In this document: piece after piece, positions 37,938 through 51,620 of the stretch
How positions within the stretch are numbered: position 1 is the stretch's first letter
Layout: every line of letters starts with the position of its first letter
NCBI RefSeq assembly: GCF_963921235.1
Contig: NC_086107.1
Span: forward strand, 105,650,001-105,714,000
DNA length: 64,000 bases
Direction: 5' to 3'
DNA from: Mobula hypostoma
Lineage: Eukaryota
Program-made: the position numbers and the translations under genes
The notes under the pieces: model-generated
The model's input: only the letters and a program-made list of their open reading frames with translations
Told to the model about the DNA's origin: nothing
The model's database searches: none

Positions 37938-38654
37938 AAACCAGTCTGCACTGCGATCTTTGCTCCACACTACTGATTTGTTACACTGTCTATTCTGTAA
38001 GATTCATACAAACAAGGTGCTTCATCGTGCCCTGGGGTGTAGCCTAGTGGTAAGCACAACACTCTATAGTACAGGTGACCCAGGTTCAATTCCCGCCCCT
38101 GCCAATAAGGAATTTGTATGTACTCACCCTGACCGCGTGGGCTTCTCCAATTTCCTCCCACAGTCCAAAGACCCACTGGTTGGTGGGTTAATTGGTCATT
38201 GTAAATTATCCCGTGATTAGGCTGGGGCTAAATTGTTGGTTGCCGCGTGGAGCGGCTCGAAGGACCAAAGAGCCCATTTCACACTGTGTCTCAATAAATA
38301 AATAAATATGAAAATCAATCAAAATCAATTTTGAAGTTGTGACGTTCTCCTGTGTATTTACATAATAGTGATTTGATACTAGTTACAGTTAAACAGCAAA
38401 GATAATTATATTAGTTACAGTCTTCAGTTTCCACCTATCAGAGATATTTATCAGGAGCTCTGAGTATGCTGGGCCCTTAGTATTGTCAATGATCCCTCCA
38501 AGTCGTCCAACAATCTCTTTGACCCCCTACCATCAGCATCAGGACAAGAACTGTTAGGGTGGGAAATTGCTTCTTCCCCTACACCATTAGGCTACTGAAC
38601 TTCTAGCTGTTACTCATATCTCATCACATATCAAGCGGGAGTAGTGTATGCCCA

Positions 38655-39380
38655 TGAGAAGGTCTGCAGGTGCTGGAAATCCAGGGCAACACACACAAAA
38701 TGCTGGAGGAACTCAGCAGGTCGGGCAGCATCTATTGGAAATCAATAAACTGTAGACGTTTCGGGCCGAGACCCTTCAGCTTGACTTTGATTCCCATTCC
38801 AATATGTCGGTCCATGTACCGCCAAGATGAGGCCACTCTCAGGGTGGAGGAACAACACCTCATATTCCATCTAGGTGGCCTCCAATCAGATGGCACGAAC
38901 GTTGATTGCTTTCATTTCTGGTAATTTCTTCCCCTTCCCCCTCCCCTCTTTATTTTATTTCCCATTCCGGATCCTCTCTTAACCCTTCTCCTCATCTGCC
39001 TATCACCTCCCCCTGGTTCCCCTCCTCCTTCCCTATCTCTCATGGATCATTTGCCTTTCCTATCAGATGCTTTCTTCTTCAGCCCTTTATCTCTTCCACC
39101 TATCACCTCCCAGGTTCTTACTACAACCCTCCCGCCCCACCCAACTACCTTTCCCCTGACCTGTTTTCACCTATCACCTACCAGCTTGTACTTCTCCCAT
39201 TCTGCACCCCCCATTTTATTCTGGCTTTTATTCCCTTCCTTTCCAGTTCTGATGAAGGCTTTGGACTGAAACGTTGACTGTTTATTCCCTCCCATAGATG
39301 CTGCCTGACCTGCTGAGTTCCTCCAGCATTTTGTGTGAGTTCCTCAAAACTCTTAGCATCTGCTGAATCTCTTGTGTTTA
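38655..39380. mobile_element. Penelope 3' fragment with inverted terminal copy
   Basis: Minus tail 38655-38780, then plus-strand DEATLRVEEQHLIFHLG and tail with degenerate hammerhead at 39243-39280. Confidence 0.8.
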
Positions 39381-39477
39381 TCACAAATACAGTACTGTGC
39401 AAAAGTCTTAGGCACATATACAAAGCTTGGGTGTCAAAAACCTTTGCATAGTACTATAGTAATTTTATGTATTGTGT

Positions 39478-39773
39478 GGGAATGTGGCCAAGGCATTGGA
39501 CTAGCGATCTGAAGGTTGTGAGTTCGAGCCCCAGCTGAGGCAGCGTGTTGTGTCCTTGAGCAAGGCACTTAACCACACATTGCTCTGCGATGACACTGGT
39601 GCCAAGCTGTATCAGCCCTTGTCCTTCCCTTGGACAACATCGGTGTCATGGAGAGGGGAGACTTGCAGCACGGGCAACTGCCAGTCTTCCATATAACCTT
39701 GCTCAGGCCTGTGCCCTGGAGAGTGGAGACTTTCCAGGTGCAGATCCATAGTCTCGCAAGACTAACAGATGCC
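39478..39773 (+). mobile_element. tRNA-derived CORE-like SINE (inverted copy at 40220-40520 inside a short Tc1-type MITE; partial copy ~60497-60670)
   Basis: B box GAGTTCGAGCCC; GTGTCCTTGAGCAAGGCACTTAACC core. Confidence 0.7.
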
Positions 39774-40944
39774 TTTATTATGTATTGCACTGTACTGCTG
39801 CAAAAAAAAAACACATTTCATGACATATGTGAGTGATGATAAACCTGATTCTGATATAGGTCTCCATTGTGGACTGAGAGTGGGAAGGGGACAGGGAGAG
39901 GGGAATCATGGTTGGGAAAAGGAGAAGGGAGAAGGAAGGGAGCAGGAAGCACCAGAGAGACATTCTGTAATGATCAATAAACCAATTGTTTGGAATCAGA
40001 TGACCTTGCCACATGTCTCAGGGCTGGATGTGTCACGCCCCCGCCCCCCCCCCCCGCCTCTGGCACTCCTTCTCTGCCACCTGACCCATTCCCCTTCCAC
40101 GGCACACCCCCCTTCACCATTCCCGCCAGATTTACAAACTTGCTGTCTGCTCCATGTTGGTAAATACAGTATGCAAAAGTCTTAGGCAACCGAGCTATCG
40201 ATCTATCTATCTATATATAGGCATCTGTTAGTCTCATGAGACCATGGATTTGCGCCTTGAAAGGTTTCCAGGGCGCGGGCCTGGGCAAGGTTGTATGGAA
40301 GACCAGCAGTTGCCCATGCTGCAAGTCTCCCCTCTCCACGCCACCAATGTTGTCCAAGGGAAGGGCATTAGGACCCATACAGCTTGGCACTGGTGTCGTC
40401 GCAGAGCAATGTGTGATTAAGTGCCTTGCTCAAGGACACACACGCTGCCTCAGCCAAGGCTCGAACTAGCCACCTTTGAATCACTAGACGAATGCCTTAA
40501 CCACTTGGCCACGTGCCAACTATATATATGCACCTAAGACTTTTGCACAGTACTGTAAATGATGGTTATGGATATCAAACAGATGAAACGTCTGTGCACA
40601 GGGAGCAACTAGTTTTGCTGATATGTCTCTAACTGGATGTCACTGTGAGGCTGGAAGTGAATCACTTGGCCAGCCACTGGGAAACTGTATCACTTTGTGG
40701 CAAACAGAACAGACAACTTATTCACGGATGGCCTTCATGAATTAAATAAACCTAATTAGCTATTCCCCTGTGGGTAGAATGGATTATTTATTCTGGTAAA
40801 AATAAGTTTTGATTCCTTATTGCTGATCTCCCAGGCGTGAACTTCAAACGGAATGGGATTTGGTAGCAGGTTATAATTAGACCAGCATGTACATATCATT
40901 CCCCACTCCTTCCTTACTGCTTTCAGACTTCTGAACCAGGTGGA

Positions 40945-43045
40945 AACGAGTGTAGTTGCTATCACGAAGGGGAAGGAGCTTAGGAAGCTGAAAGGTCTAA
41001 AGATACAGTAAATAAGTCACTTGAACCAGATGGACTGCACTCCAGGGTTCCGAACAAGGTATCTAAAGAGATTGTGGAGGGATTAGTAATGCTCCTTCAA
41101 GATCATTAGATTCTAGATTGGTTCCTGAGGACTGGAGAATACAAATGTCACGCTGCTCTTTAAGAAAGGAGGGTGGCAAAAGACAGTAAGTTATGAACCA
41201 GTTAGCCTGATTTCAGTGGTTGGTAAGGTATTGGAGTCCATTATTAAGGTTGAGGATTGGGGGTTCTTGGAGGCACATGATAAAAAAGGCCAAAGTTAGC
41301 ATGACTTCTTTAAGGGGAAATCTTGCCTGATAAATCTGTTGGGATTCATTGAAGAAGTAAAGGGCAGGATAGACAAAGGAGAGTCAGTAGATGTTGTATA
41401 CCTGGGTTTTCAGGAGGCCTTTGACAAGGTGCCACACATGAAGCTGCTTAACAAGATGAGAGTACATGGTATTACAGGAGAAGCACTAACATGGGTAGAA
41501 GACTGACGGATTGGAAGAAAGCAAAGAATGGGAATAAAGGGGATCTTTTTTTGGTTGTCTGCTGTTGACTAGTGGTGTTCTGCAGTGGTCAGTGCTGTGA
41601 TCACTTCTTTTCACATTATATGCCAATGATCTCGATGATAGAATTGTTGGCTTTGTGGCCGGGTTTGTGGATGATACAAAGATAGGTGGATGGCAGGTAG
41701 TGCTGAGGAAGCAGAGACTGCAGAGGGACTTAGGTTAGGGGAATGGGCAAAGAAGTAGTAAATGGAATATAGTTTAGCGAAGTGTATGTTCATGCACTTT
41801 GGTAGATGGAATAAAGGTGTAGACTTTTTTCTAAAAGGGAGCAAATATAGAAATCAGAAGTGCAAAGGGATTTAGATTATGAAGACACGTAGTCCTCTTT
41901 TATTGTCTATTAGTAATGCATGCATTAAGAAATGATACAATATTTCCTCCGGTGTGATATCACAAAACACAGGACAGACCAAGACTGAAAAACTGACAAA
42001 ACCACATAATTATAACATATAGTTACAACAGTGCAACAATACCATAGCTTGATGAACAGGTCCATGAGCACAGTAAAGTTCAAAGTCTCTCAAATGTCCC
42101 ACATCTCACGCAGACGGGAGACGGAAGAAAAACTCTCCCTGCCATGCCGACCACAGTCCGACTCTGAGTCATCCGAAAACTTCGAGCTCTGATCAGCTCT
42201 CCGACACCAAGTACCGAGCACCATCTCTGTCCGAACGATTCGACCTCCTTCTTGGTCGCCAAAAGCAGGCCAGGCCGGGGATTTTGAGGCCTCCCCTCCG
42301 AAAGATTCCCGACCACGCAGTAACGACAGCAGCGAACGAGCGTTTCAGAAATTTCTCCAGATGTTCCTTTGTGCTCTCACGTCCATTCTCCATCAAATCA
42401 GAATTGTCCACGGCCCCTATTTAACAGATACGATATCATTTTTCACCAGAGGGCTGCACACGCGCAGGCGCGCCGCCATCTTCTCCTCCCGCCTCCTTGT
42501 GCACGATTTCTTAAAGGTTAACTTGCAGGTTGAGTTGGTGGTAAGGAAGGAAAGCGCAATGTTAGCATTCATTTCAAGAGGACTAGAATATAAAAGCAAG
42601 GATGTAATGATGATGTGGTAGAAGGCATTGGTCAGACTGCACTTGGAGTACTGTGAGCAGTTTTGGGCCCTTTTCTAAGAAAGGATGTGCTGTTATTGGA
42701 GAAGGCCCAGAGGAGGTTCACAAGAATTATCGTGGGACTGAAATGATTAATGTATGAGGAACATTGGATGGGTCTGGAATTTAGAAGAATGAGGGGGGAC
42801 CTCATTGAAACCGGCTGAATATTGAAAGGCCCAGAAATAGAGGACGTGGAGAGGATGTTTTTAATGGTGAAAGATTCTAGAACCTGAGGGCACAGCTTCA
42901 GAATAGAAGGACCTCGAATTAGAACAGAGAAACAGAGGAATTTCTTTAGCAAGCGGACAGTGAATCTGCGGAGGCTAAGTCATTGGGTATATCTAAAGAG
43001 GAGGTTGATACGTTCTTGACTAGTAAGGGCATCGAAGGTTACTGG
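40945..43045 (+). mobile_element. Decayed CR1 ORF2 (RT domain to 3' end)
   Basis: Remnants of PDG, W..ANVT.LFKKG, Y.PVSL.SVVGK, VDVVYL.F..AFDKVPH, F.DDTKI; many stops. Confidence 0.85.
41875..42490 (-). mobile_element. ~650-bp non-autonomous retroelement, copy 3
   Basis: Homolog of 14794-15452; CR1 continues on both sides. Confidence 0.75.
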
Positions 43046-43279
43046 GATGTCTGGCTACATAACTCACCCTAAACCAATGATCTATTGATAGTTCTCAGAA
43101 GCAAGCCACTTAACCAAATCCACAACAGGCTCAGTAGAATGTTTATAACAGAGGAATGGAGATAATTCCTTCACATAATCTGGGGGAACCTAAAGTCAAG
43201 TCGTTGAGTAATTCAGAAATAAACAGCTTCTCTCAATAATGAAGCTACCATTGCCAAATTTACCGATGTCCTGCAGGGA

Positions 43280-43790
43280 AGACAAGCTGCAAATGCTGGA
43301 GGAACTCAGCAGGTCAGGCAGCATCTATGGAAAAGAGTAAACAGTCGACGTTTCGGGTCAAGACCCTTCATCAGGACTGGAGAGGAAAGAGAGAAGTCAG
43401 AGTATGAAGGTGGGGGGAAGAGAGGAAGAAGTACAAGGGGGCAGGTAATAGGTGAAACTGGGATTGGTGGAAGGGGCTGCGAAGGAAGTTGATAGGTGAA
43501 AGAGATAAAGGACTGGAGAAGGGGGACTCTGATAGGAGAAGGTAGAAGATCATGTAAGAAAGGGAAGGAGGAGGAGCACTAGAAGGAGGCGATGGGGAGG
43601 TAAGGAGATAAGAGAGAGATGGAAACAGGAATGGGGAATGGTGAAGTGGGGGCGATTACTGAATGTACAAGAAACCGATGTTCATGCCATCAGGTTGGAG
43701 GCTACCCAGACCCGTAAGGTGTTGCTCGTCCAACCTGAGTGTGGCTTCATCATGGCAGCAGAGGAGGCCATGGACTGACATGTCTGATTT
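43280..43790 (-). mobile_element. Penelope 3' fragment
   Basis: SDMSVHGLLCCHDEATLRLDEQHL..LGSLQPDGMNI plus tail. Confidence 0.85.
43342..43379 (-). ncRNA. Minimal type I hammerhead ribozyme, intact core
   Basis: CAGTC-CTGATGA-A-GGGT(cttg)ACCC-GAAAC-GTC-GACTG. Confidence 0.85.
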
Positions 43791-44183
43791 GGAGGCAGAG
43801 AGCAATGGACAGCCGACGCTGTGGTTCAAACTGAAAGACAGAGGGGAGAGATGGCCAGCACAGCGAGGTGGAGGGAAGGGGTGGAGCAAGAGCTGGTCGA
43901 TCTGGGCGAGGATGGACAAGAAGTGAGGGGTGGAGGAAGAGAGGGAAATGTATCAGAAGCTGGGAGGTGATAGCTGGAGGGGATGACTAAGGGCTGCAGA
44001 TGACAGAACATGATAGGAGATGAAGGTGGAGTTCAGGATAAAGTGAGGGAGGTAGGGAGGGAAATCGGAGTGCAGATGAAGGACAGAAGGGCCTATGTGA
44101 AGGGAAAGAAGCTGGGCAATCTGCCTTCCTTACCCAGTCTGGCCTTTATGAGCCTGCTGATCCCAGCAATATATTTAATATAA

Positions 44184-44477
44184 GCAACATACATCAAAGT
44201 TGCTGGTGAACGCAGCAGGCCAAGGAGCATCTGTAGGAAGAGGTGCAGTCGACGTTTCAGGCCGAGACCCTTCGTCAGGACTAACTGAAGGAAGAGTGAG
44301 TCACTCTTCCTTCAGTTAGTCCTGACGACTCTTCCTTCAGTTAGTCCTGACGAAGGGTCTCGGCCTGAAACGTCGACTGCACTTCTTCCTACAGATGCTG
44401 CTTGGCCTGCTGCGTTCACCAGCAACTTTGATGTATGTTGCTTGAATTTCCAGCATCTGCAGAATTCCTGTTGTTTG
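44184..44477. mobile_element. Palindromic Penelope-tail insertion with a hammerhead on each strand (44246-44283 -, 44342-44379 +)
   Basis: ~115-bp near-perfect inverted arms; internal 25-bp tandem duplication; 16-bp flanking direct repeat AATATATTTAATATAA (44168-44183, 44478-44493). Confidence 0.9.
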
Positions 44478-44514
44478 AATATATTTAATATAATTGTCTT
44501 TGTTGGACCCTGGT

Positions 44515-44735
44515 TGTTATGTATTTAATACCATTAATATTTGAATAATCTTGTAAATATATATTAGTTGATTAAGCTTTCTGGTCATTTAAATAATTAA
44601 ATAATGCAAATTGCATAAGCCATCCCACACAATGCATGCATGCCTCACTTAAAGTAAACGTGAACTACTCTTGTGTTTTCAGACTTACGTATTTCTTTGA
44701 ATTAATTTAATGTTTTCAAGTTATAAAAATGAACA
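44515..44735. mobile_element. Solo LTR
   Basis: TGTT..AACA termini with 5-bp TSD CTGGT. Confidence 0.7.
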
Positions 44736-45164
44736 CTGGTAATTTTGCGATCCAAAGGTTCTTCAGAGGTCAAGGATGAGGCATAAAACTTGATAGTTAT
44801 GGGCGTTTGTTAAAATGTTACAAGAATCAAGAAAAATATCGAAGAACAAAGAAATTGCGGTTGTCGTATTCTAATAGCTTATTCAGACTAGATAAAAACC
44901 AAAACACTTTATGATATAAAATAACCTGTGAAATAAGCAGATTGACACCTACTGCAGAGAAATTTATAGAAAAATATAGATTCATCTATCTATACTATAA
45001 GTTGCTGAAAAGCTCACTGAATAGTTACACATATATGTTGTAGGTGATTATGCTGTATAAAATACAAGCAGGCAGCGGAAAAGTTAAACTGAACTTCAAT
45101 GTTCAAAATTCAAAGTAAATTTTATTATCAAAATACCTACCGTATATGTCACTCTGAGATTCAT

Positions 45165-45870
45165 AGAAACATAGAAAATAGGTGCAGGAGTAGGCCATTC
45201 GGCCCTTCGAGCCTGCACCGCCATTTATTATGATCATGGCTGATCATCCAACTCAGAACCCAGCCTTCCCTCCATACCCCCTGAGCCCTGTAGCCACAAG
45301 GGCCATATCTAACTTCCTTTTAAACATAGCTAATGAACTGGCCTCAACAGTTTGCTGTGGCAGAGAATTCCACAGATTCACCACTCTCTGTGTGAAGAAG
45401 TTTTTCCTAACCTCGGTCCTAAAAGGCTTCCCCTCTATCCTCAAACTGTGACCCCTCGTTCCAGACCTCCCCAACATCGGGAACAATCTTCCCGCATCTA
45501 GCCTGTCCAATCCCTTTAGGATCTTATACGTTTCAATCAGATCCCCCCTCAATCTTCTAAATTCCAACGAGTACAAGCCCAGTTCATCCAGTCTTTCTTC
45601 ATATGAAAGACCGGCCATCCCAGGAATCAATCTGGTGAACCTTCTTTGTACTCCCTCTATGGCAAAGATGTCTTTCCTCAGATTAGGGGACCAAAACTGC
45701 ACACAATACTCCAGGTGTGGTCTCACCAAGGCCTTGTACAACTGCAGTAGTACCTCCCTGCTCCTGTACTCGAATCCTCTCGCTATAAATGCCAGCATAC
45801 CGTTCGCCTTTTTCACCGCCTGCTGTACCTGCATGCCCACTTTCAATGACTGGTGTATAATGACACCCAT
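45165..45870 (-). mobile_element. Young CR1 3' fragment (uninterrupted ~200-aa ORF2 C-terminus)
   Basis: ORF 45253..45879: [43 protein letters not shown]. Confidence 0.92.
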
Positions 45871-46525
45871 TTTATTCATTTTATTGTGGGCATACTCAAC
45901 AAATCTATAGAATAGTAACTATAACAGATCAATGAAAGATCAACCAGAGTGCGGAAGACAACAAACTGTGCAAATGCAAATATAAATAAATAGCAATAAA
46001 TAGTGAGAACATGAGATAATGAGATAAAGAGTTCTTAAAGTGAGATCAATAGTTGTGGGAACATTTCAATGATGGTGCAAGTGAGTACAGTTATCCCCTT
46101 CTATTCAAGAGGCTGATGGTTCTTGAACCTGCTGGTGCAAGTCCTGAGGCTTTTGTACCTCCTACCTGATGGCAAGAAGAGAGCATCACCTATATAGTGT
46201 GGATCTCTGATAGATGCTGCTTTCTTACGATAATGTTGCATGTAGATGTGCTGAATGGTGGGGAGGGCTTTACCCGTGAATCCACTACCTTTAGTAGGAT
46301 TTTCTGTACAAGGGCATTGGTGTTTCCATACCAGACTGTGAGGCAGCCAGTCAATATACTCTCCGCTACACATCTATAGAAGTTAGTCAAAGTTTTAGAT
46401 GTCATGCCAAAGATCTACAATCTCCTAGAGAAGTAGAGGAGTTGCTATGCTTTCTTTGCAATTGCACTGATATGCTGGACTTCTGAAATAGTAACACCCA
46501 GGAATTTAAAGTTACTAATCCCCTC

Positions 46526-46934
46526 TGTTACCAGGTTCGGATATGGCCCAAGTGCAGAGTGAGACACACTGAAGCAGGTTGATTGTTCACAGATTTTAAT
46601 ACGAACAGTGTTAAAGGGAATATAAACAATAAACGCAAGGCCAAACAAGGCTGTTAACTAAAACTCTCAAAAGGAAAACAAAGCCTACACTGCGGCTGAA
46701 AAGAACATCTAAACATTAAACAAATACCGCTAGTCTTCGGAGTCAGTTGACTTGAAAGTCCAATATCTCAGGGAAGGCCGAATGCAAAACAGCAGCAAAG
46801 CGTTGTTATGCGCTGTCCAAGTCTCGACAAGCACTACGATGACAAGTATGGAGTTAAATACTATCTCGATTAAATAATAATTAACTGACACATGAAAATT
46901 CACAAGCACAATTCCCGAATCCGTGGCTGTGACA
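46526..46934. mobile_element. Solo LTR inserted in a Rex1-like fragment (~45870-47110, -)
   Basis: TGTTAC..GTGACA termini; imperfect 4-bp TSD (CCTC/CCCC); Rex1 sequence resumes on both sides. Confidence 0.65.
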
Positions 46935-48779
46935 CCCCCCCTTACTAACTCTGAATCTCTGATGAGGATTGGCTCGTGGACCTCTGGTTTCCCTTTCCTG
47001 AAGTCTATAATCAGTTCCTTGGTCTTGCTGGCACTGAATGAGAAGCTGTTGTTATGACACCACTCAGCCAGATCTTCAATCTCCCTCCTATATGCTGATT
47101 CATCATCACCTATCAGAAAAATAACGATTTTGCACTCTGGTCCATCACCATTAACAGAATGAAAAGTTGGAGGGTGGGGAAGGAGGATAGCTGGAAGGTG
47201 AGAGGTGAAGCCAGGTGGGTGGGAAAGGTAAAGGGCTGGAGAAGAAGGAATTTGATAGGAGAGGAGAGCTGATCATAGCAGAAACGGAAAGAGGAGGCGA
47301 CGCGGGGCAGGCGATAGGCAGGCAAGGCCAGAGAGGGGAGGGGGAGGAAATTTTTTTTTTAACCCGAAGGAGAAACCGATGTTCGTGCCATCAGGTTGGA
47401 GGCTACCCAGACGGAATATAAGATGTTACTCCTCCACCCCGAGGGTGGCCTCATCTTGACACAAGAGGAGACCGTGGACCCATATGTTGGAATGGGAATG
47501 GGAATTAAAAGGTTTGGCCACTGGGAAGTTCCGCTTTTGGTGGATGGAGTCGAGGTGCTTGATGAAGCGGTGTCCCAATTTTCCAGCTTGTGTTTCCTTC
47601 TTCCATTCATGGCAGAAGAAAGGTGCAAAGGTGGAAAATAGGAACCTACCTGTGGCATGCAGCAAGTATGTCCTGATGAAGGGTTGCAGTCTGAAAATTT
47701 AACTTTATACTCCCTTCCATAGATGCTGCCTGACTTGCTGAGTTCCTCCACCATTTTGTGCATGTTGCTCTGGATTTCCAGCATCTGATGAAACTCTTGT
47801 GTTTATTATTTACTGCCCGCTCTGCCTTTGTTTTTCACTCATTCGGCTGAAAACATTCCTTGTGTCCTTAATTAAACAGGTGGATGGTTCCCCTGGTCAC
47901 CATTTCCATGTACTTGGCTGGGTCAGCGTAGCTGTACCACAAGATCCAACACTGGCCTCTCCAATGGGGTAAGTTCAATATTTGCACAGTAGTTCCAACT
48001 CTATGGGTAAACAAATTTGTTTGACTGAGGTGGAATGTTATCCCAAAAATGCGCTCAGTACTGTTTGGTAATGTTGCAATTTCTCTTGTCCTGAGCTGTT
48101 TTGAGCCACTGACATGAAAACCCCTCAATACCCACATCCTCTCTCAAAACAATCGCCTCTGTCAGGAGCCACATACGCAAATGCCAGAGGAACTCAGCAG
48201 GTCAGACAGCATCTACGGAGGGAAGAAGCTGTCGAGGCTTTGGGACGAGAGCCTTTGACGGGACTGGAAAGGAAGGGGGGGGTAGAAGTTAGAACAAGGA
48301 GGTGAGGAGTACAAGTTGTCGGGGGGGAGATAGGTGGATGGGGGAGGTGGGATGATGTGAGAAGGTGGGAGATGAAGGGTTGAAGAAGAAGGAATCTGAT
48401 AGGAGAGGACAGTGGACCATGGGAGAAAGGGAAGGAAGTGGGGAACCAGGGGGAGCTAATGTGAAGTTCATGAGGGTGAGGGAGGTGAAGAGAACAGGTA
48501 AGAGGGCTACCAGAATACGGGTTAAGCAAAAAAAGGTGTGGCAGTTGTTACCCAGAAGCTAGAGAAATTGGTGTTCATACCATTACGTTGGAAACTACCC
48601 TGACAGACATGAAGTATTGCCTCTCAAATTTCATTGCGGTAGTAGAGGAGGTCATAAACGGACATGTCAGTGTGGCAGTGGGAAGTCAAACTGAAATGGG
48701 TAGCCACCAGGAGATCCTGGCTGTTGTAGCAGACAGAGTGAAGGCGCTTGATGAATTGATCCCCCAATCTGTGCTGGGT

Positions 48780-49145
48780 CTCCATTTTGGAAGTTGGCTT
48801 TGGCAATGGCAATTCTTCTTTTTATTTCTACTTTACTTCTAGCATCTTGTGATATAAAACTACCAAAGTAATTAAAGCTGGTCTTTTGTTCAATCTCTTG
48901 GTTACCGATGTACAATTGGCAGATGGGAGTATCCTGCTGTATTGATATTACCATACATATGTTTTTTTACAGTTGATGGCTAGACTAAAATCTGCACTTG
49001 TTTGTACTACCTTATCTAGGAGAATTTGTAGGTCTTCTGCAGCACTTGATATTAGGGTGGTATCGTCTGCATATCTTATATTGTTGATGTTAACACCTTC
49101 AATTTTTACCCCATCTAGGTTTTCTATTTCTCTGAGAATCATTTC
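48780..49145 (-). mobile_element. RTE LINE internal fragment
   Basis: GVNINNIRYADDTTLI..INCKKT..EIKRRIAIAK. Confidence 0.8.
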
Positions 49146-49534
49146 ACTTCAGTATATAATTATTGTAATTCAGATTTCTTTTTCTACATTTATCATGTAT
49201 TGCACTTCACTGCTGTCGCAAAGTTAATAAATTTCACAACACATGCCGGTGATATTAAACCCGATTCTGATTCTGTCCTTTACCCCCTTACGGCCCATAT
49301 ACATTATATTCTCCTCCTTCCCTGCAGCTTTTATCATTACGTTCACCCTCCCCCATTCTCAATTCCTCCATCTCCGCCGTATCTGTTATCAGGAGGAGGC
49401 ACTCCATTGCCGAAATTCTGAGATGTCCTCCTCCAAAGAGTGGGGTTTCCCTTCCGCTAGCACTGATGCACCCTCACCTGCATCTCCTCCATTTCCCACA
49501 CATCCTCCTGCCACCATAACAGGAATAGGGTTAG

Positions 49535-50340
49535 ATAGATAGATAGATAGACAGGTAGATAGATAGATATACTTTGTTGATCCCGAGGGAAATTGGGTTG
49601 TGTTACAGCCGCACCAACCAAGAATAGAGCATAAATATAGCAATACAAAAACCACAAACAATCAAACAACAAAATGCAAACTATGCCAGATGGAAAAAAG
49701 TCCAGGACCAGCCCATTGGCTCAGCGTGTCTGACCCTCCACGGGAGGAGCTGCAAAGTTCGATGGCCACAGGCAGGAACAACCTCCTGTGCCGCCCAGTG
49801 TTGTATCTCGGTGGAATGTGGCTGAAGTCCAACAGTAAAAAATTCAGTATCTGGTCTACAATCACGTTCCTCGATCGTAATATGACCCGGATTGCACCAT
49901 CTGTTGTTAACCAGAACAGTAAGCACCGAAATCCTTTACGCTTACTGCTCTCAGTGCACTTCCGGTCAGCCGGAACAGTCTGGAAGCCGTCCATGGAGAA
50001 GTTTTGATCGGGTATGTCCTCGTGCAGCCCCGTTCCAGTGAAACACATAACACTGCACTCCCAAAATGTTCTCTGACATCTGGCTAGCGCTGTGAACTCG
50101 TCCATTTTATTACCCACCGAACTCCTCTTCTCCATAAGTCCCTGTTGTCTCGAGCCGGTCCTCTTTCCTCGACTTTGTGATCCCCCTCTGCATCCTCTGT
50201 GTGTTTTCCTCCAGATTTCAGCCGGGGTGTCCGCCGCTCTGCTCGCTAAACCAGCCGGCATTAGCACAATCAGCTGGTCCCTGGAATGAACAATGTGACC
50301 ATGCTTCTGTCCCGTGTGTCGGGATGTAACTATTTCCAGC
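49535..50340 (-). mobile_element. Internally deleted Rex1/Babar derivative
   Basis: 5' ORF/endonuclease start (SRDQLIVL..NKMDE..CSVMCFT..VLVNNRWC) fused directly to the 3' end (PPRYNTGRHRRLFLPVAI); (ATCT)n tail. Confidence 0.7.
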
Positions 50341-50499
50341 ACTAAAAACCCAAATAAAACTCCCTTTGGGCTTACCTACCACTCTGCAAGCCTCTGTATC
50401 CAGCACAGCATTCTCTGTAAATACTGCCTTCTACAACGGGATTCTACCACTAAGCACATCTTGTCCTTTGCTGTCTCTCCGAGAAATAGGGAGGTAGTG

Positions 50500-51620
50500 C
50501 CCAGGGGTTGATGGACCACTCAGAAATCTGATGGCAGAGGGGAAGAAGCTGGTCCTGAAATGTTTAGGGTGGGTCTTTAAACTCTTGTACCTCCTCCCTG
50601 ATGGTAGTGATGGGAAGACGGCATGCTCTGGCTGATGCAGGTCCTTAATGATGGATGCTGCCTTCTTGAAGATGGTGGGGAGGATTGTGCCCATGATAGA
50701 TCTAGCTGGGTTTACACCTCTCTGAATCTTCTCGCTTGGAAGCACCAATGCCCTTGAACGGAAAATCCTACAAAGTAGTAGATACGGCCCAGTCCATCAT
50801 GGATAAATCCCTCCCAACCATTGAGCACATCTGCATGAAACATTGTCACAGGAAAGCAGCATCCGTCATCAGGGACCACCACCACCGCCCGTGCTCTTTT
50901 CTCGCTGCTGCCGTCAGGTAGAAGGTACAAGAGCCTCAAGATTCACACCACCAGGTTCAGGAACAATTACTACCCCTCAGCCATCAGGCTTTAGAACCAA
51001 AGGGGATAACTTCATTTAACTTCATCACTGAAATGTTCCCATAACCAATGGATTCACTTTCAAGTACTCTCCATTTTATGTTCTCAATATGTATTGCTTA
51101 TTGATTTATTATTATTGTTTCTTCTCTTTGTACTTGCACCGCTTGTTGTCTTCTGCACTCTGGTTGAACGCCCTGGTTGGGTGGTCTTTCACTGATTCTT
51201 TTATGCTTGTTATTCTATAAATTTATTGAGTATGCCCACAAGAAAATGAATCTCAGGGTTGCCTATGATGACATATATGTACTTTGATAATAAAGTTTAC
51301 TTTGAACTTTGACCTTTGATCCAGTGCATTGGTGCCTCATCGCAAGTGGTGATGCAACCACTCAGAAAACTCTTCACAGTTTCTCTGTAGAAGTTTGCTG
51401 GAGTCCTTGATGACGTGCCAAATCTCCTCAAACTCCTGATGAATTATAGCCATGGTATGCCTCCATCATGATTACATTAGTATGCAAGGCCCAGGATAGG
51501 TCCTCTGAGATATTGACCCTAAGGAACTTGAAACTACTCGTTCTTTCCACCACTGACCCCTCAGTGAGGATTGGTATGTGTTCTCCCAACTTCCCCTTCC
51601 TAAAGTCCACTATCCTTTTA
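50500..51620. mobile_element. Cluster of Rex1-like 3' fragments on both strands
   Basis: LPSGRRYKSL motifs; (TTTGAAC)n tails. Confidence 0.7.
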
